Assembly: GCA_000004985.1 (NCBI GenBank) | Contig: GG738852.1 | Source: Naegleria gruberi | Lineage: Eukaryota | Length of the DNA: 64,000 bases | Direction: 5' to 3' (one strand) | Part shown: in pieces, positions 30,845 through 40,170 of the stretch | How positions within the stretch are numbered: position 1 is the first letter of the stretch | Layout of the letters: each line of letters begins with the position of its first letter | The notes under the pieces: generated by a model | Databases searched by the model: none | The model's input: the letters and a program-made list of their open reading frames with translations, nothing else | Told to the model about the DNA's origin: nothing | Made by a program: the position numbers and the translations under genes

Positions 30845-32390
30845 TTAAACATTATCTTGTGAAGTAAAGTTTGGCTTTGTGTCATCTGCCATATGATATT
30901 TGAAAAGATAATATTGACTAGTAACAGAAACAAGTAATAGCCCACAACAAACTTCAAATTGAGAAATAGAATTAACATAATACAATGATAATACAACCAG
31001 AAAATTGGTAGGAATTCTAATATAGTTCATAACAGTAGATCTGACATCTTCTGGTATGTACATGCTCTTCATGGTAGAGATGGCAGGCCAGAATACTCCA
31101 ACACATGCTTCAAACACTAAAAAGCTCAATAAAATTGGTGTGAATGAAGAGAAAAAAATTGGAATGATGAATGAAACTATTGCAGTAATAAATACAATCA
31201 AGAGAATGAATTCCACACTTGAGAAACGGCTAGCATTTGTAAAACTCTTCTGAGAGCTAGCATTGGAATAAAAGATTTTGAAAATTGAACTTCCAATCAT
31301 GACAGAAATCATAAAGGCGGCAAATACATAACCAATGTCCAATTGTTTAACACCATCCCAGTATGCTTGTTGCAAAGTTGGAGTCCACATTAAAACAAAA
31401 ATATACATTGCAGCTTCAAAGAAACTTTGTGAAATTGCAACACACAAAACTTTCTTATCAGTCCTAATAACTTCATATCCTCTAATGAAATTCTTTTTCC
31501 AATCACCAGTGGTGTCACCATAATTTTCATTCCAATTATAGTAAATTATTGCACCTCCAATAACGAGGAAGATAATGGCACCTAATATTTATCAGTAAAA
31601 ACAGTAAAATTAGATTATTGTAAATTATTAATAATTTTACAATCAAAAACTTACAATCAAATGGAGCTACAGGACTTCCTATAATATCATATAAAAAGTT
31701 TGAAACAAATCCTGACAAGATTGCAATAATTCCATTTGCAAAAGTCTGCTGATAAAAAGTATCTCCAATCCAAGAAGGATCGAATTTGGCATTGTTATGC
31801 TCGTAAATCATCCAAGATTCGAATACAGAACTCAAAATACTAGTAGCTATTCCACTGAAAAATCGTCCAATCATTAATACCACCAAGTTGGAGCTGTGTT
31901 TTGTCAAGCAAGCCAAAGCATATAAAACTACAAATGTCAAACAAATTTTCTTTCTCCCTCTAAAATGAAAATATTCATAAAATCACATGAGAATGAAAAA
32001 ACTCACAACTTGTCAGAAAGAGATCCAATAATCGTTCCAAAAATCATACTACTAAAGAATCCAAATATAAACAACCTAGATATTGTCTCAATTTCATATC
32101 CGTACGATTCATAGAGAACATATACATAGGCTCCTATTTTCATCACACACAATAATTTTGACAATTATTCAAAAAGTCGTCATCTTACCTTGAAGCCAAT
32201 CACTAAAAGTCATACACAAATACACAACCAAATAATTATTTTGAAATTTTGCAAATGTATTCAATGTGCTCTGAGTGAGATTTGTTGTTGTTGACGATAA
32301 AGTAGTAGTAGTAACATTCCGATTATAATAGCCAACACAATTCAGTAGTAAACAAATGACCAATAAAATACCATTGATGAGGAGAAGCAT
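30845..32390 (-). CDS. MFSD5-like molybdate-anion transporter (MFS), 4 exons: complement(join(30845..31581,31655..31959,32007..32133,32189..32390)), ~456 aa
   Basis: Three track ORFs are linked by introns of 55 nt (GTAAGA..AAAATAG), 47 nt (GTGAGT..TTTTAG) and 73 nt (GTAAGT..ATTAG). The spliced protein matches MFSD5 landmarks: DWLQG, LSDKLGRKKICLTFVVLYALACLTK (cf. VDWLGRKNSCVLF), SVFESWMIYEHN (cf. SAFEAWYIHEH). Exon lengths sum to 1371, a multiple of 3. Confidence 0.65.
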
Positions 32391-32486
32391 TTTTTGAAAG
32401 TGAGGAAAATAAGAAATTGTGGCGGGAAATATGAAACTCTTTGGAATAATTATTAAATGTGATTAAAAATCAAACAATTGCTTATT

Positions 32487-33593
32487 ATGAAAAGGTGGAA
32501 AATTGAATTAGTTGGGAAATTATTGAAAAAAATGATAAGTGGACAAGCTGTTGAAACTTTTTCTGATTCAATCGGAGTGAATTTTCTTCCCAGAGAAATT
32601 GTCTTTGAAATTTTACAGTATTGCAATTGTATTGATATGATTCTTGCGTGCAGTAAAGTTTGTTGTGAGTGGAGAGAAGTGTCATTTGTATTGATTTCGG
32701 ATCAGTGTAAAGATTTGATCAAGAAATTCAAGATTAAATTATTGAATGATTCTGATAGAAGTAATTTAGTCAGATATTTAATAAGAAGGGAGGTATTGAA
32801 TCTTGCTCGCAAGACTATTTCAAAATTCAACCAAAATTCAATTGGAAATTATTTTGAAAATAGAGAGACGGAAATTACACAATTGAAAGGTTACTTTTCA
32901 CAATTTACAGATTTGCCAAACAAGCTGGAAAATTCAACTATCAAACCAGAAAAACAAGAGAAGGTAGAATCTGATAGTAGTAATCAATTATTTGGGGCCT
33001 TCTCTCGATTTGTTTCAAGTTTCTTTTCAGATTCCAGAATTGATTCATCTACAAATGAGATACCTTTTAAAAGGAGAATTGTAAAAGTTTTAATGAAAGG
33101 AGCTCTCCTATCTGGAAAGACATCATTTATTAAGTGTTCAATAATGAAAAGACCTGTCGATGGAACTATTCGAAATTCAATTCTGCCAGATTTTGGCATG
33201 GTAGAGAGGCAGCTGGACAATGATTTGAGAATTACAACTCAATTATGGGATGAACATCGATACAACAAACCAACAGAATTTTCCAACGTGTTTGCTGTCA
33301 TATTAACCATCGATCCATATAATGTTATAACCCTTAATGAATTGAAAACTTTTATTGAGCCAATCAAAGAGAAACTGAATTCGACCATTGAAGTAATACT
33401 AGTACAGACCAAGAAGGATTTACAAAATGAACGAAATGAAAGAGTAAGATATCTTTCAGAAGAACCATTCGAACAATTTTCCTTTAGAAATTTCAGAGGT
33501 GGTTTATCACACAATATTTCCAACACTAACATTGAAGAACCATCTCTGATTCTTTGGTATTGTACCCTATTGAATTATCTCATGATGCCATAA
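32487..33593 (+). CDS. F-box protein fused to a degenerate Ras-like small-GTPase domain
   Basis: The first ATG (MKRWKIELVG...) lies 9 nt inside the TTG track start. The F-box is LPREIVFEILQYCNCIDMILACSKVCCEWREV. The C-terminal domain has a P-loop KVLMKGALLSGKTSFIK, a degenerate switch II (LWDEHRYN in place of WDTAGQE) and an NKxD-like ILVQTKKDL. Confidence 0.5.
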   Translation: MKRWKIELVGKLLKKMISGQAVETFSDSIGVNFLPREIVFEILQYCNCIDMILACSKVCCEWREVSFVLISDQCKDLIKKFKIKLLNDSDRSNLVRYLIRREVLNLARKTISKFNQNSIGNYFENRETEITQLKGYFSQFTDLPNKLENSTIKPEKQEKVESDSSNQLFGAFSRFVSSFFSDSRIDSSTNEIPFKRRIVKVLMKGALLSGKTSFIKCSIMKRPVDGTIRNSILPDFGMVERQLDNDLRITTQLWDEHRYNKPTEFSNVFAVILTIDPYNVITLNELKTFIEPIKEKLNSTIEVILVQTKKDLQNERNERVRYLSEEPFEQFSFRNFRGGLSHNISNTNIEEPSLILWYCTLLNYLMMP

Positions 33594-33725
33594 CTTTTTC
33601 TCATTTCATTAATTAATTTATTCTCAATTAACTACGTATTTATATTATCAAAACAGAATCTTTGCTTTGAAAAAATGTAATAATTTTTGGCGGGAAACAA
33701 GTCATTTAAAATTAGCCTTAAAAAA

Positions 33726-35777
33726 ATGCCTGAGGAATCCATCTACAAGAACAACTCATCTGGCATTGCTTCGATATTCTCAGCACATGCGGGTGGTAGT
33801 AATAATGTACAATCCATTCAACCAACGAGGGTTGCTTCGAGAGTAGGCTCTGCAAAAGCACCAACATCATCAGCGAATAGAACTCATACAACAACAACAT
33901 CGTCATCAGCAAGACAACCAGTAAAATCAAATAGAATCGGATCGACCTATGATAAGACCTTTCATAACAAGGTAGATAAGTTGGTGTCGGATCCAATTAG
34001 ACAAGTAACAGGGAGGAAGAATATTCTTGCTAAGGAAGGTGTAATGCCTACAAAACCAACTGATATTGAGAATAATGCTGTGCGAGGAACGGTGGCAAAA
34101 AAACTAGGAGTACAACCTAGTAGGAATAATAATCAAGCAAAACTTACAAGACCTGTTAATGGTGCTTTTGGAAAGGATCAGTGGGAAATTGAATGGGATG
34201 ATAAGGATGAGAAATCTGAAAACATTATACCAAAACAATCAAAACCTTCAAACAATTTATCTGGTGACATTAATAGTATAAATTGGATCGAGAGACTTGG
34301 AAGAGGTAAATGTTCTTCCATTTGTGATGTGAATGGAAGACCAGTTACTAGTATTGAATCGAGCTCTTCTCATTGGTATATTTTAACTTATGAGGAAAAA
34401 TCATTCTTAGACATTGAAACCGAGGATTTTAACATTACCACTTCAATCAAAATTCAAAAAGGAAATGAAAACAGTTTATTTACTATCGTCCTTGACTATG
34501 GAATCAACAAGAGGTGCAAGGATGAGTACATTGCCATTGTAATGAACGTAGCCCAGAAATATTGGAAGATTGAACGAGTGGAAAATAAGAAAGTGGTACC
34601 AGTGCAACAGGCAATAGATAAGAGCTTGGCTCCTCTCAAATATATGGATATTTCTATATCTTTATCTGAGAGAAAGCTCACACTCAAAAACGATAATACT
34701 GAAATATTTACTGATGTTATTCTTCCAATATCTTCGGAAGGCTCTAAGGAGAGACGAGTTGGTCTTGGAGTCATGTCAGCCAAAGTTTCAATTTATGATT
34801 GGACAGTATTTGATCCAAAGACTCAAGAAAAGGAGGAAGATCTTCCGATTGCAGAGAGACCCCTACCTGATTACATTGACAAACACTTGGCTGAAATGAT
34901 AAAGAGAGATATTATAGAATTCAATCCAAATGTGACTTGGGAAAGTATTGCAGAATTGCACGATGCAAAGAGGCTTTTGAAGGAGGCAGTTGTACTTCCT
35001 CTCCTTATGCCTGACATTTTTGCTGGTTTACGATCTCCTTGGAAGGGAGTTCTGCTGTTTGGTCCACCTGGAACTGGTAAGACGATGGTTGCAAGGGCTG
35101 TGGCAACAGAAGGAAAGACCACTTTTTTCAATTGTAGTGCTTCCACTCTGGTTTCGAAATACCACGGAGAGTCTGAAAGATTGGTCAAGACACTTTTCCA
35201 AATGGCCAGATTGTTTAGTCCGAGTACAATTTTCTTTGATGAAATTGATGCCTTAATGATGACAAGAGGAAGCTCTTCAGAGCATGAAGCATCCAGAAGA
35301 CTTAAAAGCGAGATTTTGACCCAAATTGATGGTATCAATAGTCAAAGCAGTAGGGTCATGGTATTGGCAACGACGAACAAACCTTGGGATTTGGATGAGG
35401 CTATGAGAAGAAGACTAGAAAAGAGAATTTACATCCCTCTACCATATGAAAAAACAAGAGTATCCCTCTTTAATATTTTTTTAAAAGATCAAGAGATGGA
35501 AAGTGATGTTTCCACTGAGAGTCTTGCTGTCTTAACAGATGGATACAGTGGTGCAGACATTCATTTATTGTGTAGAGAGGCTGCTCTCAGACCACTGAGG
35601 AAGGAGCTTGATCATAGGTCAACTGAGGAAATTATGAAGTTGAAAGAACGAGGAGAGTTGAAACTCAGTCTCTGTATGGAAGATTTCTCAGAGTCAGTCA
35701 AAACAATGAAACCAAGCGTTTCTCAAAACGAAATTGAAAAGTATCAACAGTGGATGAAGGAATTCCAAAGTGTATAG
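33726..35777 (+). CDS. katna1: Katanin p60 ATPase catalytic subunit (meiotic-clade AAA+)
   Basis: The first ATG (AAAAAAATGCC) lies 39 nt inside the TTG track start. The AAA module is near-identical in pattern to KATNA1: AKRLLKEAVVLPLLMPDIFAGLRSPWKGVLLFGPPGTGKTMVARAVATE, STIFFDEIDAL, EHEASRRLKSEILTQIDG, RRRLEKRIYIPLP, SGADIHLLCREAAL. The N-terminal ~400 aa are divergent. Confidence 0.8.
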   Translation: MPEESIYKNNSSGIASIFSAHAGGSNNVQSIQPTRVASRVGSAKAPTSSANRTHTTTTSSSARQPVKSNRIGSTYDKTFHNKVDKLVSDPIRQVTGRKNILAKEGVMPTKPTDIENNAVRGTVAKKLGVQPSRNNNQAKLTRPVNGAFGKDQWEIEWDDKDEKSENIIPKQSKPSNNLSGDINSINWIERLGRGKCSSICDVNGRPVTSIESSSSHWYILTYEEKSFLDIETEDFNITTSIKIQKGNENSLFTIVLDYGINKRCKDEYIAIVMNVAQKYWKIERVENKKVVPVQQAIDKSLAPLKYMDISISLSERKLTLKNDNTEIFTDVILPISSEGSKERRVGLGVMSAKVSIYDWTVFDPKTQEKEEDLPIAERPLPDYIDKHLAEMIKRDIIEFNPNVTWESIAELHDAKRLLKEAVVLPLLMPDIFAGLRSPWKGVLLFGPPGTGKTMVARAVATEGKTTFFNCSASTLVSKYHGESERLVKTLFQMARLFSPSTIFFDEIDALMMTRGSSSEHEASRRLKSEILTQIDGINSQSSRVMVLATTNKPWDLDEAMRRRLEKRIYIPLPYEKTRVSLFNIFLKDQEMESDVSTESLAVLTDGYSGADIHLLCREAALRPLRKELDHRSTEEIMKLKERGELKLSLCMEDFSESVKTMKPSVSQNEIEKYQQWMKEFQSV

Positions 35778-35790
35778 AATGAATAAATTA

Positions 35791-37242
35791 TTAAAATGTT
35801 TTCAATTCGAGATCAAAATATCCAGCTTCATCATTTTGATTTCTAACATCTTCATCATTGATACTGACAATGATTATAGAATGGCCATCGCAAAATACGC
35901 CTCTCACAGAACTATGTGGGAATGTGGCTTTTCCTGGAACTAATTTTTTGATCCATTTTGAAACTTCACCTATTTTAGAAGTGGTTTGAGCTTGTTCTTT
36001 GGTTTCGGTTGGTTCAGGTTTTTCTTCAATGATATCCTGATGTTCTATAATTTCAAAACTGTCTGCCCCATCAATGGTTTCTCTTAAATTGTCGGCTGGA
36101 ATGGTTTCATTTTCTGAAATGTTGTAATTAGAAGTGGTATTTAAAGTTTCCTTCTCCTTAGCTTCCAATTTGTTACCATTCTTCTTATTTACAACACTGG
36201 CTACACTTGCTATTGCTGGAGCAGAAGCTATTGTAGCTGTTGATAATCCACCTCCAACAACCAATGCTGCTCCACCTCCAATCAATCCCACACCTGTCAA
36301 AACTCCAGAAGCAATTCCAACACCAACAGCAACACTACCACAAACAGTTCCAATAATTGGTAGTGCTTTATCCCATGTTGTCAGTTGCTTGTGTTTGGAT
36401 GTATGCAATTTTCCAACTTCAACAGTGAAATGAACTCGTCCAACACCCTCGAATATCCCCATTCTATTTGGTGGTATAAGTAATTGATAGAGAGGACCTA
36501 CTTGAGACAATATTACATTGATGGGATGTTGTGTCCTATTGTCAATTAAAAGTGATCCTCCAAGAGCACCATTCATATAGAGCTTTCTAATAATGAGTGG
36601 TGTATGTATTATATTTGTTGAGAAATGAGGATATGTTTTTAATAATCGAGTCCAATAGATAAAATCCTGATTATTCATGTTGATAATTTCTTCCTCTTCC
36701 TCCGTTAAATTATTTACATCGAGCACCGAATCAGATACTTGAAATATTTGATGGTGTTCAAAATCATCATCGTTAGCAGTTGACACTGGCAAGCTTTCAA
36801 CAGTCACAATTTCAATATCATCATCATCATCCGAATCATCAATATCATTCATATTTACAATATAATTAGATCGTGGATCAAATATTTTGTGATTCTTTCC
36901 ATCCAAATAGTGTTTCCTCACATGTTCTCTACATAGAGCCAACTCACAATCTCCACAATAATAATTCGTTGGTATAATAGCATTCTGTTCATGAAGACAA
37001 ACATCACACGTTGGAAAGGCAAACCTTGCTGGAGCAATTGTTGTGGGCGATAGAGATTCTGTCATTGGACGAAAGGCTATTGTTGTCTGTTCTCCATCAC
37101 CATCACCAATTAATTCATGATTCGGATCGTTGGGTAAATGATTATCATCCGTATTGTCACCTCCCATCAATGTATTGGTTGCATTCTTGATGCTCCCGAA
37201 AAAACTTCCAACAAATGAATTGTTCAAGGTTGAAAAGACCAT
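35791..37242 (-). CDS. B-box zinc-finger protein with Gly/Ala-rich hydrophobic region (hypothetical)
   Basis: 483 aa from an ATG. The B-box-like motif is CDVCLHEQNAIIPTNYYCGDCELALCREHVRKHYLDGKNH. There is an acidic DDSDDDDD tract and a G/A/V-rich putative membrane segment (GTVCGSVAVGVGIASGVLTGVGLIGGGAALVVGGG). Confidence 0.4.
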   Translation of the reverse strand: MVFSTLNNSFVGSFFGSIKNATNTLMGGDNTDDNHLPNDPNHELIGDGDGEQTTIAFRPMTESLSPTTIAPARFAFPTCDVCLHEQNAIIPTNYYCGDCELALCREHVRKHYLDGKNHKIFDPRSNYIVNMNDIDDSDDDDDIEIVTVESLPVSTANDDDFEHHQIFQVSDSVLDVNNLTEEEEEIINMNNQDFIYWTRLLKTYPHFSTNIIHTPLIIRKLYMNGALGGSLLIDNRTQHPINVILSQVGPLYQLLIPPNRMGIFEGVGRVHFTVEVGKLHTSKHKQLTTWDKALPIIGTVCGSVAVGVGIASGVLTGVGLIGGGAALVVGGGLSTATIASAPAIASVASVVNKKNGNKLEAKEKETLNTTSNYNISENETIPADNLRETIDGADSFEIIEHQDIIEEKPEPTETKEQAQTTSKIGEVSKWIKKLVPGKATFPHSSVRGVFCDGHSIIIVSINDEDVRNQNDEAGYFDLELKTF

Positions 37243-37352
37243 TTTTTTGATTTTTTTTTAAAAATAGAGCTAATAATGTTGGCGCCAAAATTTTGTTCCA
37301 ACAAGCATTCGAATTCATTTTTTAAAAAAACCGTTTAATATTATTTAAAAAA

Positions 37353-39062
37353 ATGAGTGAATTGAAGGGAGTGCTTTCTTTTGCTTTTGATCGAATATTT
37401 GGATTGGGAGCAGAACCTTCCGAATCAAACTCTATCGGAGGTGATGGTGATGAATTAATGGAAGGAAGGGATGGTGTACAAAATGGAATTTTAAAGGCAA
37501 CATCACCCATTCATAAAATTCTCACCATTGATGCTGGTTCTTCTAAATTCAAGACTTGTTTTTTCGATTTGGAGAAGAAGGATGCATTTAGATGTGATGA
37601 AGCTAGTTCGGATAGGAAGGCCATGTATACTACGGTGGCTTTGATATTTAGCTTACTGGATTCGTCTGTGAAGAGGATACAAGTTGTTAATCAGGCCTAT
37701 CCTCTTTCGCATCATGTTTCGTTGAATAGAGGAGAGGCATATGTATTCTTTTATAATTGGAAAAATTTAGTCTTTCCAATATCTGATATGATAAATGAAC
37801 GAAAGTCACCCTCTCCTTCTAAAAAGGATTTGACCTATTGTGATGAAAAGACACTATTAATTGGATCAGAGAATATAGAAATTTCTGCAGAGGGAGTTTA
37901 TGTACGAGTTAACAAGGCACATGTGGAAAAAGCAAGATTATTTACTGGAAATTTGCCATTTGTTCTCGAGACTGGGGATAAGATTCTCTTCTCTAAGGAG
38001 GACATTGTTAGGGAACTGTTTCAATATTGTATATATTCACATGCACAATTACCTAATGGTGTGTCAGTTAGCGATTGCTATATATTTGCTTCGATACCTT
38101 CTAAGGTTTTATTTAGAGAAAGAGAAATGCTTCGTGATATTATTAAGAATGTATCCAAGACTGAAAATGTACATTTAGTGAAAGAAGCTGTAGCTCTTTG
38201 TTATTATTTCTACTATTCCTATAATAGAAATGAACAGTTTGAGATAAAGAAGGAAAATGCACCTAAAGCAGTCGCAATTGATATTGGACATTACAGCTCT
38301 GATATTGCTGTTATGGAACTTGTTGATGAGAATAGTATTCGCATGAATAGTGCTTATTGTCTTTATCATGGTGGGCATAAGTTAACCATAGATTTGCTTA
38401 ACATAATGAAGACCCAAGAGCAAGTTGGTACATTGAAGAATAATGAGGAGGAATTCTGGAAGGAAGTCTCAAAAACCAATGAATGTAAAGAAACCATATT
38501 CAATTTAGATACAAAGTGGAACAAGGAGGGAAACTATGAATCTGGTCAGGATGGATGTATTATTGACAATATTTTCCTACCAATTGACTCTATCAAATTA
38601 ATGATGGAAATGAATTTTTCAGATGTCATAGAGACAGCCAAGAAATTAGTGGTGGAGAACTCCAGTCAATATTTAATTTTAGGAGGACCTGTTTCAAAAA
38701 CAAAGCTATTCAGAAATTATATTAGAGGAGTTTTAGGATCAATGTGTGAAATTGTATTCACCAAGAACTTGTTTGATATTTGTATTGGAACTTTTCTGTA
38801 TGCTTGCAATAGAATTTCTCAACCTTTGAATTTTATTTCCTCTCAATCAACCACCTCAGATACTAGTGTACTTTCATCACCCTCATCTGTCAAGTTCACT
38901 AACCTTTCTCCAATTGACCATGTATTTCTTTTCACTGCTAAAGCAATTGTTTGTACAAAAGTTCCAGAGTATATCAACAAGAGATTTAGAGGAATAAGTC
39001 GTGAAATGTACAATCAAATGATTGAAGATAGTAGGTATTTGTTTTTATTTAATAGATTATAA
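37353..39062 (+). CDS. Atypical Hsp70/actin-superfamily ATPase-like protein (NBD only)
   Basis: 569 aa from an ATG. Hsp70 NBD phosphate and connect motifs are recognisable but divergent: ILTIDAGSSKFKTCFF (cf. IDLGTTYS), AVAIDIGHYSSDIAVMEL (cf. DLGGGTFD), YLILGGPVSKTKLFRNYI (cf. LVGGSTRIPKV). There is no canonical substrate-binding domain. Confidence 0.4.
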   Translation: MSELKGVLSFAFDRIFGLGAEPSESNSIGGDGDELMEGRDGVQNGILKATSPIHKILTIDAGSSKFKTCFFDLEKKDAFRCDEASSDRKAMYTTVALIFSLLDSSVKRIQVVNQAYPLSHHVSLNRGEAYVFFYNWKNLVFPISDMINERKSPSPSKKDLTYCDEKTLLIGSENIEISAEGVYVRVNKAHVEKARLFTGNLPFVLETGDKILFSKEDIVRELFQYCIYSHAQLPNGVSVSDCYIFASIPSKVLFREREMLRDIIKNVSKTENVHLVKEAVALCYYFYYSYNRNEQFEIKKENAPKAVAIDIGHYSSDIAVMELVDENSIRMNSAYCLYHGGHKLTIDLLNIMKTQEQVGTLKNNEEEFWKEVSKTNECKETIFNLDTKWNKEGNYESGQDGCIIDNIFLPIDSIKLMMEMNFSDVIETAKKLVVENSSQYLILGGPVSKTKLFRNYIRGVLGSMCEIVFTKNLFDICIGTFLYACNRISQPLNFISSQSTTSDTSVLSSPSSVKFTNLSPIDHVFLFTAKAIVCTKVPEYINKRFRGISREMYNQMIEDSRYLFLFNRL

Positions 39063-39107
39063 TGAATCATTAAAGTATATGGATTGGAAAAGACTAAACG
39101 ATTGAAC

Positions 39108-40037
39108 ATGTACAATCTCGAAGACAAGAATGTTCTTGATATTGATACAAGACAAGAAAGACCAACACGCCCAATAGTTTCTTACTTTTCACTTGAGGGA
39201 GATCAGGAGTATATCGACATTGAGATTTACAATGCCACTCTTGAAGAGAGCTCAATTCTCAAATACAAACGGGATATGGCTGTTAAAGGATTTTATTTCG
39301 ATCCAAAATATCAACGTAATTACAGGAGAATTTACACAGAGAGAGGAGCAGAAATATTCGGTTTACAAGAAATGAATTTTGTGAGGAGAGTTAAAATTGT
39401 TGGATTTCCAAAATTCAATCAAAAGAAGAGAAAAATCAAGAAACTAATGGAAACTTGGGGTCATAGTAAGGATGAAATTGATTTTTGTTTGGCAAGTTGC
39501 CGATTCGATTATCAAATTGATAGTGATGACAACCTGATAATACAAGTTTCAAATTTGATTGAAGCGATCAATTTTAATCCAATTGAAATTCACACCAGTT
39601 CAATGATCCCTTGTAACATTTCAGATGCACTCTCAGAGGAAGTTCAGGATAAATTCGAACAAATAGAAGAATTAGTTGTCAATATTGATTTAAAGGATGA
39701 TGTTATTGAATATTTGGAAAAATCCAAGTCAGTCTCTGCTTTGAGATTTTCTGGAAGAGCAAATGGGAAAACACTCAGAACCAGAGGTTTGGATATTCTT
39801 GCCCTGTTGAATGATATGAGTTCTACGACAAGTGAAGCTCCAGGAGAACCCCAACTCGACGAAGCAGAATCAGATCATCAAGACAATAAGAGAGGTCGAG
39901 ATGAATTTGAAGATGAAGATGTTTACAATACATCTCCACCAAGGAAGTGTAGTCCTCCACAAAAGCCCTCTCCACCACTCATTACAAAATCAGTAACATT
40001 TCGAACACAAGAGCAAATAGAAGAGTATTTTGACTGA
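39108..40037 (+). CDS. Hypothetical protein
   Basis: The track ORF starts at a TTG (39084). The first ATG gives MYNLEDKNVLD.... It is hydrophilic with an acidic/Pro-rich C-terminus and no recognised domain. Confidence 0.3.
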   Translation: MYNLEDKNVLDIDTRQERPTRPIVSYFSLEGDQEYIDIEIYNATLEESSILKYKRDMAVKGFYFDPKYQRNYRRIYTERGAEIFGLQEMNFVRRVKIVGFPKFNQKKRKIKKLMETWGHSKDEIDFCLASCRFDYQIDSDDNLIIQVSNLIEAINFNPIEIHTSSMIPCNISDALSEEVQDKFEQIEELVVNIDLKDDVIEYLEKSKSVSALRFSGRANGKTLRTRGLDILALLNDMSSTTSEAPGEPQLDEAESDHQDNKRGRDEFEDEDVYNTSPPRKCSPPQKPSPPLITKSVTFRTQEQIEEYFD

Positions 40038-40170
40038 TTGAACGTCTAAATTTGGAAAATTACCATTGCATATAATCTCAAAATGTTAAATTCCAAATCT
40101 GTCCGAGGGAACATATAACCATGCTAACCTTGTCAGAATATGGAAAATAAGCAAAAACAAAAAGAAAGAC

